Assembly: GCA_964057225.1 (NCBI GenBank)
Contig: OZ059899.1
Location: forward strand, 11,904,001 to 11,968,000
Direction of reading: 5' to 3'
Source: Auanema rhodensis
Lineage: Eukaryota; Animalia; Nematoda
Length of the DNA stretch: 64,000 nucleotides
The notes below the pieces were generated by a model. It made no database searches and was not told the origin of the DNA. It saw only the letters and a list, made by a program, of their open reading frames with translations. The translations under genes and the position numbers were made by a program. Shown here in pieces: positions 14,135 through 28,192 of this stretch. Every line of letters starts with the position of its first letter. The first letter of the stretch is position 1.

Positions 14135-16421
14135 ATGGACAAATTGTATGAGCAGAGTGGTTCATTAAAAGATGAAGAAAAGCAAGTTGAGGTATGAATG
14201 ATAATAAGAATGGAAAATCAAACATTTTCCAGCTTTTTGAAAAATGCTTATTGAATGTTGCTCCCGGTAAAAACGAAGATATTAGAAACTTGGGCTGGTT
14301 AACTTTGGAACGAATGGTTCGAAGGTATGCATACAGGTTATGATAGTCATAGCGAATTTCTATTCTAGATGTACAACTCAAACTTTGAGAAAAGTGCAGT
14401 CTAGGTTGGCAAAGAGACTGCCTGATATATCAGCTAACCCAAATATATATTCAGGCTTATTTGTTCGTCAACTTTTGATTAAAAATCCTCAGGTATAAAA
14501 ATATTTTAAAAAATTATGTTTATCATTTTTAACTTTTGTTGTTTAAGGTTGGAGATTTACAAACACATGTTATAGATAAAATAATTTTTGATCTTTTGGA
14601 TGCTGGAATTTTTGATGATGATGCTAACATTCGGTTTAAAATATATTTATTTAATACACTGAATTTCGTTTTTTAGTGATCTAGCCATTGATATTTTCGC
14701 TATTCGACATGGAAGTTCCCAATCTGATAGAATTGTTGCTACTATTGTAGGATCCTTGAAAAATGGTTTAATTACACCTGAAGAGAGAATAGGTTTGTGT
14801 TAATTTAAAAGATTAGTTAAAATTGAAATTATTTGTCTTAGGAATGCTACCTTTGGGAGCGGTAGGCTCGAAAAAGGTTAGAGAGCAGTTGATTTGTGCT
14901 GCTATTGATTTGTTCGCACATTCTCTTAAATATAATCGTCAAGGTATTTTATTGTTTGAAAATATGAGATTTAAAATCTGAATTTAGGTTCCACTCTCAA
15001 TCGCGATAATATTTTTAATATGTTTGAAAAAACATTATCTGAACCTTTCTGCTACTCTGCTACTCTTAATGCTATATCTGCTCTCTGCTCAATTAGTAAA
15101 AATTCAATCTTACCATTTGTAAGTTATAAAATTTAAAAAAAATTGTAAATGCTTTATTTAGATTCCCAGATTAGTGTCCATGTTGGTAGTTAATTTAACT
15201 TCCCCTTCCGTCCAGTTGTTTGATACGATGACTGTTATTTGCGAGTTGTATGGTGCTTCTTCTACATTTTATAAGCATTTCTTTGTTATTTTTTCTGCTC
15301 TCAAACGACCATTAGCCCTACAGGTATGAAATCATGAGTTATGGAAAGCGTATGGTTCTTTTAGAGCTATGGAGCAGCAGCTGCGAATCTATTAGGAACA
15401 ATTATTAGGACTTCTGCTCCTATTTTAAAAGCTGAAGTGCTCATTTCTGTTCAGCGTACTATTCTTGAAGAAGCTGTACGTTCTGAAAACTTTGATGTGT
15501 ACGAAAGCGTGTTGGAAGCTATGCTGTCTAACAGTCATGAAGCTGTTCCTGTGCCAGTTCATGTTAGTTGCTTTTTTGTTATTATCTTCATGAGCTGCTT
15601 TTAAGATTGTACGAAACATTATTAATAGACAAATGTCTTCTAATAAGTGCAGATATTTGATTGCTCTATGCGACACCGTTACTCGTCCTCGTTTACAAGT
15701 TAGATATACATTCTCCCATTTAATATTAGCTTTTTTCTTATCAGAATTTAGCAGATTCAGTTGTTAGAAACTTAGCAGCATCAGAAACATCGGCCAATCG
15801 ATTATCGAAAGAAGTAAGTGCTTTCACAAATTATTTTGATTATTGATATTTTCTATTACTCTGTAGGATTGCTTAGAGGAGGAGACATTCCACGAGAAAG
15901 TTCAAAATGTACTCAATGAAGTAAGAGCGTTACCTGTTGAACAGCCTACTGTTATGACAATTGAAGACGAAAAAACCGAAGATGTTGTTGAAGTAGATGT
16001 AAGTGCTTTTGTTTTCTAAAGTTACGCTTCTGCTTAGTTCATAGTGCAACCGAGTTCAGGTACATGCTCTTTTGAAATTAAAGTTCCACGTGTCAGCAAG
16101 TTCACGTCACATTTATTCATTATTTTATATTTTTTTTAATTCTGAATAATCAATTTTATGCATTTTGAAGGTTATTAATGCTCCTGCCCCCGAGCCTGAA
16201 AAAAAGAACGCTACACCATGCCTGGTGCCTCAACAACCCAAACGTTCTGGAAGTGATAGTAATCAAGTTCCCTCTAAAAAGTTGAAGAAAAAGAAGAATG
16301 ACGCAGTTAAGGTAATTTTAACCAATTGAGTCTAAAATTGATTAAATTATTCCAGAGTACTGTTCTAAAAGCGGGTGAAGCATCTGTTGAGGACATTCTA
16401 AGTACTTTCTGTCCTTCATAG
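14135..16421 (+). CDS. PELP1/Rix1-like helical-repeat protein (rixosome scaffold), multi-exon
   Basis: Continuous spliced frame. VYESVLEAMLSNSHEAVPVPVH...LCDTVTRPR resembles the end of the PELP1 Rix1 domain (LLLAPSPRCPPP...CAALTHPR); acidic/Pro linker; C-terminal EDILSTF. Confidence 0.65.
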
Positions 16422-16709
16422 ATTTGTTTTATTTTTTTTTGATTTTGTTGTTGGTTCCTTTGTTGTTATCATTTGTTATTAATCACGAAAATGAAAGATT
16501 TTTCAAGGCAAGTTTATTCTACATCAGTCTATAAAAATAATTGTAATAATTCACATTCAGAACATATGTACAGTTGTTACACAACCACTATTGTAGTTAT
16601 AAAAAAAAAGATTGTGAGAAAAAAGTGGATACATGCAAATTAGATTCAAAAAAAAGAATTATTCTTCAAATAAATTATAAAGATCTTGGTGGTGATATAC
16701 CTGCTTTAT

Positions 16710-18939
16710 CTACATGGCAGCAGCTGCAGCTGTAGCCTGGTTGACTTGTCTTTTCGCATACTCTACGGACCCGCCGAGAACAGCATCTCTGATAAATCAA
16801 AACCTTTCTTTCAGATAAATTTTAATTCTCACCTAGTGACATGGATTCCTTCAATATCACTTCCTGGGACAGTGAACTTAGCATCGAGAAGCACAGCTTC
16901 TAAAATCGAACGCAGAGCACGAGCACCTAATTATAATTGGTAAGAGTGTAAATTACAAAACAAAACTACCTGTCTTTCTTTCTAAAGCTAACTTAGCAAC
17001 CTCCTCTAAAGCATCAGCAGAGAATGATAGGTCAACCTAAAGAAAATCTTCGTTAAAATAGAAAAACAAACAAACAAACATTATCAATAGCAAATTGAAG
17101 CTTTAACTGAGCTAAAAGAGAATTCTGAGGTTCAGTCAATACACGTACAAGCATCTGAATGAAGATTTAATTAACTGTTAAAATTTTAAATACTAACCTC
17201 TGTGTCGAAAGAATGGAAAGGTACAAGAACAGGGAATCTGCCCACTAATTCTGGTACAATTCCAAAATTAATGAGATCGCCTTGATCAGCTCTTAAAAAA
17301 TATTACTTAGAATATTGAAATAAGAGATAACATACTGAGCTAACAGGGAGTCTCGTTTTCTTGCAGCTTCAGAATTGCTGTCATCAGTGGATACCCTTAT
17401 TTCACCAGAAGAAGACCCAAAACCTAAAGATTTCTTATCAAGACGTCTTCCAACAATTTTATCTAGTGTAGTGAAGGCTCCGGATGCAACGAACAGAATA
17501 TCAGAAGTATCAATCTGAACAAATAACATAAAAATATTTTTTTACAATCATTTACACCTGTACTGTATCTTGTTGAGCACCAACACCCTTACGACCACTT
17601 TTAACATTGACAACAGTTCCTTCGACTAACTTCAACAACGCATGCTGTACACCTTCTCCAGAAACATCACGATAAGCAGGAGAATGTCCCTCATGAGCAG
17701 CAGCGATCTATACAACAGTACAATAGAAAAAACTAACAGAAATGTAAGGAACCTTGTCAACTTCATCCAAAAATACTATTCCCTGTTGAGCTCTTTCAGC
17801 ATTTCCTCCTGCAGCTTGAACTAACTTCTGGATTACGCTTTCAACATCTTCACCAACATAACCAGCTTGGGTTAAGGATGTACAATCACACATGGCGATT
17901 GGAACATCGAGAACGCTTGAATTTAGAAAAACAGATTACTAAGAACATAGTATAGGATTACCGGGCCAAAGTCTGAGTGAGATATGTTTTACCCACACCG
18001 GATGGTCCAATAAGCAGAATATTGGATTTCTCAAGTCGAACAGCAGCTTCCTTCTCAGGAATAGAACGAAAAACTGGGGGAGCACGACGAGCAATAGATT
18101 GAGTTGATATGTTAGATATCTGTTGTGACTGAACAAGAAAGCATAATATATTAAAACTGGTTTCACGGTTGTACCTGTAAGTATGGGCTAGGAGAAGAAC
18201 GTAAGTCTGTGGGCGCCATATGGCCTAATCTAACTTCGTCCTTCAAATAGAACAGATGATTAATGAAGACGAAAAATAATTAATCTTACTTGGAACATGA
18301 CCCCACGCGGGAGCTTGGATTCTTCTTTTGGTAAAGGTACAGTGGTTGCTCCAGTTTCAATATTATGCTCTAGTCTCCTATATTAGCATACATTACGTGA
18401 TGTAGAATGATAATTTGTACCGATAATGCTGATAAACACCGACAGCTAATGTTTTCTTGGCTTGCTTTTGTCCAACAACAAATCGATCCAAATAATCAGA
18501 AATCTTTAAAAGATCGGTTAAAATTAGAACAAAAAGATTTTTAAACCTGAGTAGGATAAGGTGGTGAACGTCTTTGTTCCGTTTTTAAATTCCATTGCTT
18601 TGTATTCTCCTCAATGAAATTGCTTATGTACAAATTGTTACAGCTATTGCAGTAAATATAACGGTTAGTTGCTAAAATCATTGGCATAAAACAAATATCC
18701 TTTTTCACAAACTTACGTGTAAATGTGGGGGCAGGTTTCAATGGTTTTTCACAGTACTTACAATTGCCGAAAGAACGAGTTGGCACCTTTGAAGAGCTTG
18801 TAGTTAAATCTCCCCCATTATTGTCTTTATTATTTCCGTTATCCCCGGAATCTGAACAATAGTTTACGGCAAACGGCCGCAACTTTCGGGGAACACTGCA
18901 TCTGCGAGCCAAAAGAAAACAACGCGTTGAACGATGCAT
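16710..18939 (-). CDS. clpx-1: Mitochondrial ClpX AAA+ chaperone (multi-exon)
   Basis: C4 zinc motif (CKYC...CNSC), [17 protein letters not shown] (Walker A), [27 protein letters not shown] (Walker B), [24 protein letters not shown]. Confidence 0.97.
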
Positions 18940-20175
18940 ATGTATATTGGGTCTAAACTAATAGAAGAATTTTTAAAGAACATTTCAATCGATTAATTTA
19001 AAGATGAAGTTCAAGACAAAATCGGAGGTTTGTACCATGGCATTGACAATGAGTGTAATGATAGATATAATGGTTAAAGGTGCTCAAACAACAAAACAAA
19101 GTACGCCAGTAATTCTTGAAGTGTATTAACATCATGTGATATGCATCAATATATACATAGCACCTGTTCAAATTGGCATGAACCATTTCTTTAGCTGATC
19201 CTGTCTTAGATCACTACTTACAGTTATATGACATCTTGGCTGTGAAACTAGTAACAGATGTTTGTTTATATAATTGCACTTCTATTAATTACGCAAAAAA
19301 ATGAAAAAACTTGAAAAGGAATGACAACAAGGTACTTCAGGGTAGTAGTACCTAACCTAGCGTCAGCAATGGTGACAGCTAATAAATATGATTTCGCATG
19401 AAAGGCTCTTTTACCATACAAAAGTCGAACCGACATGTTCGTCGAATCAAAAAGAGCATGTGTACTGTACGCAATAAATATAATTTAAAAATAATATTTG
19501 AAATAATGCCAACGATGTCCTGAAATTAATCGTGTGTATATACTATACATATTAGTAATCATAAACTCAAACAATTAAATCTTATTATAATAGTTTTTTG
19601 TTCAAGTATGAATTAATTAAATTTGTACTCATTTTGAGTTGATTAAATTTTCATTTTTTAAAAATTGTGTTTCTTATTTAAACTAAAATATATCTTTCTC
19701 TTTGTTTTCCAACTTTCCTCGAATAATATTCGAAAAAATAGAAATATTCAAACAATTATTTTAATCATCCCACGTATTTTGCGTACAGAGTGATTATAGC
19801 GATCATGAAACATTGATTAGTACATAGCCTAACTTCAAAATTTCATTAAATGTTTTGCGAAATGATTGGCTGCTTGCGCTCTATGCTCCATGTCATGCTT
19901 GTGATCGGTCTATATAGCCTATTCCAATAAATCTTTTATTCCCCGGGGGAAGCTATAGGAGGAAACACTATTGACATCCGTTAGCCTTCTTGCTCCATTT
20001 CAATTTCTTCAGTATAAATTGTATGATGAAGAAGTTATCGATACCGAGTGGCTAGATGCTATTTTTTTGTATTTCTTGCTCAATAATTCTATTTTCATCG
20101 CGTTCTCGTCAATCTTTGTAATATTTTTTTATAATTAGATATTCTAGAACCTTTGGTTCTGTCTGGTGATGGGTC

Positions 20176-22424
<2,249 letters not shown>

Positions 22425-22710
22425 TCTCACTTACCAATTTTGCAGCATTTTTTAACAACTTATCCAAGCTTATAATCTTTTCTACCTTTCTATCATTTAA
22501 TTATTTCGGATGTTTTAGTATTTATTTTTGCTACGGCTAGTCGTTTATCTCTGATGGTTCCTCACATTTGGGTTAATAAACATTTCGGCACTAAAGATTT
22601 ATTTCGTATGAAAAATAATGTACAAAGTTGAGATTAAAGTCTTTCATGCGTAGAAAATTGTATAAAATATATAAAAAAGTTATAATTGTAGAGATAGAAG
22701 TATTCCTGAA

Positions 22711-24967
22711 TTAACGTATATCAACAGACTCCCCATACATTTCCTTCAATTGATTAATCTTATCTTCTTTTTCAGATGCAGAGAATTTTACAGACTTTAA
22801 ATAGATTTTATTATGAATATTCTAACAACTCAATGTTCTACCTCTATTATTCCTTTAACAAGCTCGCGCATATGTTTTATCATTTCATCTGGCGATTCTG
22901 TAGTTGTTCTTTGACAGAAACTTACAGGAGCCCGAAGAATGCCCCTTTGCCTTTCCAAAACTTCTTCCCTAACTTCTGGAGGAATTACATCTAAGTTGTG
23001 TTTTTCCCTCAAATGAAGGAATATCTAGAATAAGTTGTCAATAATGTCAACAAAGAATAGGTTAAACCTCAATAACCGAATTCTGTTGAAAAACTGAAAA
23101 ACCGGGGGGAATTATAAACCTACGAAGCTCCGTTAAACAAAGAAAATAATTGTCATTATTAGTACCATACTGAAATAATTTTTTAGTTTTCAATAATGTA
23201 AGACCTAAATTACCTTTTTCCCAAAAAAGTATGGATCTTTTATTGAGAAGAACTCATCAGTTCCATTACAACATGCTAAGAAACGGAAAACTAGGTTCAA
23301 GTGATCTCTCATCTTCGATGGTATTATAAGCCAAAGAAGCCAAAAAGCTACATCGCGTTTCTTCTTTGTTCTTTGATTATCGCATAATTGCTCAACTATA
23401 GCCAAAAGAAGAGTTTTAAATTCAACAGGAATGAGAGTAGATTGCCCATTTCTGGTCCATGCAGAGCATTGGTCAACTACCTACAACATGAAAAACATTA
23501 ACAAGCAAGATAACACTATCTCATACAGCTTTCAAAGTTTGCTTGGCCCATTCGTACGTTTGCATTCCTTCAGTAATACCTTCCCTTCTATGGAAAGTTA
23601 ACGACGGAGCAACACATACTCCTGCCCGGAACCAGTCAACAACAACAGTTTTACCGCTGAACACGAGTGTAATTAGAGTAAATCAACAGTCTAGCTTTAC
23701 CTTAAATATAGATTATCTTGTAAAAGTGTATGAACAGCAATGTCTTTTGGACGATTTTCTGATCCAAAACCCATTTTCTTCATTAAATTAGAGAGCAGAT
23801 TTCCCTTAAAATTAATGATGTTATAATAACTGATATCATTAAACAAAACTTACATAATTACCAGATTCATATTTAGTTGCAAGAATGTCATCAACAAATT
23901 CACATTCTATCTCACATAATAATCTAGCTAAAGCCACTTCAAATAATGCACCGTCATCTACATCTAGAACAGTACACGGTTTACCGAATAAAACAAAAAA
24001 TAATATACCATTGATATCATTTCTTGATTGGCTTTTCGAAAACAACGATTTTCTGGGAATCTCTAACTCATCATCTTCAAAGTCTAATGTGACCGCTGCT
24101 TCTAAACATGGTACATTTAACACTAAAGTATAACAGCTCAACTGTTACCTCTTTTCTCAACAGGCTCTCTCTGATTAAAACCAAACAGACGTTTGAAAGA
24201 ACCTTTACGCATAGGTTTTCTTTCACGACTACCCGATGATGAACGATGAACACTAGAAGTGCCAGGTGTCATGGGTACCACTCTGAACGAACAAAGACAT
24301 AGAAATAATGAAAGAATTGTTCACATACACATGCATATCAAATGGATTAACCAGATAAAAAACTTTTTTGTTTGGAACATAAGGGGGTGGCGAATCATCT
24401 TTTCGCAAATCAACTTGACGTATAACATTTTCTATTAGCCAATGATCAAGGCACTGAAAAAACTATGAAAATAAGGAAATTGAGCAAAGCAACTAACTCT
24501 AATAGCTTTGTCTTCTGCATCTTCCTTAGTTAAACTAAAGTTATTATTCTGCTGAATTAAAATTACTAAAGCTTCAAGACCAGTTAAGCCACAAAATGCA
24601 GAATTTTCACTAAATTGCTGCGTTAATGATAGGAAAAACTTAAGAACTATTACTCAGCTCCTTCAACACGCTCTTTGAACTCTGATATTAATCTTGTACG
24701 AGATCCAAAAGCAGTTAGTTTAGTACATTTAGTATACGTGTTAGTAGGAGTTTTATCAATGTTTTCTGAAGAAAAAAAAAGGTTTAAAAAAACAATTAAG
24801 CAACAACATACCTATATTTGAAACATCTGCCATTGGTGTTACCTTGAGAGCTTCGCGTGTTTTGCCTCTTGGAGGTTTAGGAGGAGGATTTCCTAGAAGA
24901 AAACTAATGTTGAAGTACATCAAGGTACAAAATAAATACTTTTCTTATTTTGTTCCTCTAGGTTCAT
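22711..24967 (-). CDS. DEPDC-family (LET-99/DEPDC1/DEPDC7-like) protein with a RhoGAP-like domain, multi-exon
   Basis: LVLNVPCLE, VVVDWFRAGV, LLWLIIPSKMRDHLNLVFRFL and SFCQR...KHMRELV resemble DEPDC1/7 segments; the DEP region is divergent. Confidence 0.7.
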
Positions 24968-25390
24968 AGGCGACCATAACGAATAACTAGCCTTCATATA
25001 ATCTGAACAATAAGATCAACCTGATTAGATAAAGAAAATGTTTCTGAATAACTAGTACTAAACGCCTGTTATAGCTACCGTGTTTATCTAATGAGGCGTG
25101 CAAGATAAGCTGCTAATTTGAATTTTGGATGTTCCCGCCAGGATAATCCACGCCCATTTGCGTACAAAAATTATATCCCTAGATGACATTGACAGTTCTA
25201 GGTCTATGTTTACCAGATGATTGTTTCGCAATAGTCTCCACCCATTTAACATTTACAATTTATTTTTTTGTGTAGTTGTCACGAGTACTTCTCAAGTTTA
25301 TAATTAATTTTTTCATTTTGCCAAAAAATCGTTTAAGTCAGTTTGATCTGCTTGTTTTCCTCAAATTAATATACATATTCCTGTTTTAGG

Positions 25391-25818
25391 ATGGTTGATG
25401 CTGCTGTTCTTAAAAAAATAAAAATCAATACTGGTGTATTGAAAAGAATGGTGAAGGTTTGACTATATATTTGAACTGTATACAATGAATGTTTAAACAG
25501 GAACATGCCTCCTATGTTAAGGAAGTAGAAAACCTCAAAGTAAAGATTGAGAAGATGAAGAGTGAATCCAAAAATGAGGATGATGAGTACGCCATCAAAA
25601 AGACTGGAGAAGTCCTTGTTGTAAGGAATGTGAAACTGTTTCTGTTTAATTATTTTTGGTAGGAGACAAACGGTATGATTGGTGATGCTGCTCGTCGTTG
25701 TGGTTCATATTTGGATGAACTGAAGAGGTTGGTAAGCGAACATGAGTCAGAAGATCTCCAAGAAATTGCTGATGCTAAAGAGCAAATTCTGGCTGCTGAA
25801 GCTCTTTCAGCTGCTTAA
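25391..25818 (+). CDS. TBCA: Tubulin-specific chaperone A (3 exons)
   Basis: LKKIKINTGVLKRMVKEHASYVKE...DEYAIKKTGEVLVETNGMIGDAARR matches the TBCA consensus. Confidence 0.93.
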
Positions 25819-25927
25819 ATGTTCATAATTTTTCTACTTTTTGCTGGTTTTATGCTTTGCTATGTCTCATAATCGGTGATGTCTTTAAAATGCCTTCATG
25901 TTTTAATAAATATGCGATTTTAATTTT

Positions 25928-27629
25928 TTATTGCGTGGAATTCGTTTTCTTCTGGATATCTTGTAACTGTTCAACAATTTGATTTTGTTGCTCTTTCAAG
26001 TGTGCGATCTGCAGAACAAAAAAGTAAATAAAGATGGATGGGAAGAGAATAGCTTGAGCTTACATCATTTTTTATGGGCTCTAAAGCCTTATCGAGAATA
26101 CTTTGCATAAGAGATTGTAGTCGAATTTCTAATCGATCCATCTCTATACCAACAACCCGATGCATAATAGAGTAGTCTTCAACAGTCGAACATTTCTAAA
26201 TAGTTTCTTATTGAAGTATTAAGGATTAATGCTATACCAAATTAGGCGTAACACTGCTGGTCAAAGTGTTTTGATCTTCCGATATCATTGTTCTCTGGGT
26301 TGGAACTGGATCTTTATTCTCATTCACTGTATCATAAGTATTATTCGAGCTTATATTTTCTTGGTTAAGATTAGCCATTGGGAATATAGGTTGACCTAAC
26401 CGAGCCATCCGTGATTTTATAGATGACCCTTCACTTGATGATTCAAAGTCTGGAGCCTTAAGCAAACCAACCCACATGTTGCAGTGTAACAAGAAATTAC
26501 CTCACTATTTTTAGTTTCTTGGGGGATAGTATCTGTATCAGCATCCAAAATAACATTTGGGACTTCCAAACAGTCGACCTCATTCCTACAAACGATCAAA
26601 TCGTTAGATTGCGAAATCACAGAAACATTATGAATCATACCTTTGAGTTTCGTTTTCAGTTTTCGTCTGGTTTTTCCATTTTAAAAGTTCAAATATAATC
26701 ACATGACTTGGAGATATCGATAAAATAAGTATTTCGCCCTTTTGCATCCCTTCAGCGTTTTTAATGTAATCCTCGGCATCTTCCGAAATTTTAGCTGTTG
26801 TTATTGATGAAGATGGTTCAATCTAAATGTATATGATGTTAGTTCCAAAACAGATTCTGAGATTGTTTTTACTTTAGGAACATGATCGGCAAAATTAATA
26901 GTGCGAATACTGTACTTGATTAAAACATTCAAGGAACACTTGTCCCCATCTCCCTCCTTTACAATTAATTTGGGAATATTGCAGTAATACATAATCTTGA
27001 AAGAATTTGTCATTAAAAACAATTTTTAGAAAACACACCATAGCACAAACATCTTGTAGAGCTAAAAATTCTTTGAAGAATAAAGAACAAGAAATAGTGG
27101 AGGAACTGATGTTAACATATAGATCTTTCACCGTGAGTGAAAGATAGTCTTTTTGAAGTATGAAATGAACTAATTTCTGCTTAGCTGCATTATAAACAAT
27201 AAGAAATATCTGCAAAAAAAGTCAGCTTGTTACCCCTTTGTACAATTTTTTTCATCGAAACTTACGTTGTTATTTTGTTTGATGATTGCTAACCCGCATT
27301 TTCCTTTATGGACATGAACATTATTTTCCAAAATGAATAGATCTATCACAGCAGAATATAAGGAATAATTTCCTTTTGACGATGGTGTCGTGTTCAGAGA
27401 AGATGTAGCTGAATCCTGCAACACAGCTTCAGGCTTTTTCTGAGATTCATTACCGAAAATTCGAGCAAGATTGGAACTAAATGTCACTTCTATTAGTATT
27501 CGACTGATTCGTATTCAACTACCTAACTGCACGTCCACTATTGTTTCCTATAGACTCTTCATCGTCACTCGACGATGAAACAAAACCACGTTCTTTTGTA
27601 AATTGACTAATATCCAGAACATTATTCAT
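25928..27629 (-). CDS. FKBP15/WAFL-like protein: WH1-like domain, degenerate FKBP domain, short coiled coil
   Basis: Acidic N-terminus, NLARIFG, HKGKCGLAII...IFLIVY...KQK, IVKEGDG...GMQKGEILILSISP and IKSRMARLGQPIFP parallel FKBP15 motifs in the same order. Confidence 0.7.
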
Positions 27630-28072
27630 ATTTCATGCTATAAAGATAAGAGTATGTATTGAATTCATAAAAAGAAATCAGTGGAAGTACTTATAAAGTA
27701 GTTTAAGCTTGTATGTATTGTTTAAAAAAGTATATTTCCTTATATTGACGCCAAGTTTATTGGCGTGAACACTGTGCCCAGACCTAATATTACCAAATTC
27801 GATTATAATGGAATTTGCTTTCAAAAAGCATAAAAAAATATGTTAAATGGCTTAAATCTGTAATGTATACTTAAATTATAAATATTATGTGTAACTCTAG
27901 TCTTTATGCTATACGTGAACTTTGACAGGAATCTACGTGAAAGTTCACGTATGAGGCAAAGTCTGTAGCTTGATATGTTTAATTATATTGTAAGTATTTT
28001 AATGAAAAAATCTTATTGACAAAAATATTTATTTAATAAACAAAGCCAAAGAACATAAGAGTTATGAATGAA

Positions 28073-28192
28073 TTATACTACATAATCGTTCATGAAAGAA
28101 GTAAGTAAATTTATGGTAACAACGTTGAAAACGGCGGGAAGATTAGAAAGCGCTTGGACAAGTTGAAACTGAGAAATTAGTTCATTGTTCAT
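28073..28192 (-). CDS. Candidate 39-aa micropeptide MNNELISQFQLVQALSNLPAVFNVVTINLLTSFMNDYVV (or the last exon of a longer gene)
   Basis: TTCCAG acceptor 18 nt before the ATG, open frame from the acceptor, AATAAA about 40 nt after the stop; below the ORF-track cutoff. Confidence 0.45.
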   Translation of the reverse strand: MNNELISQFQLVQALSNLPAVFNVVTINLLTSFMNDYVV

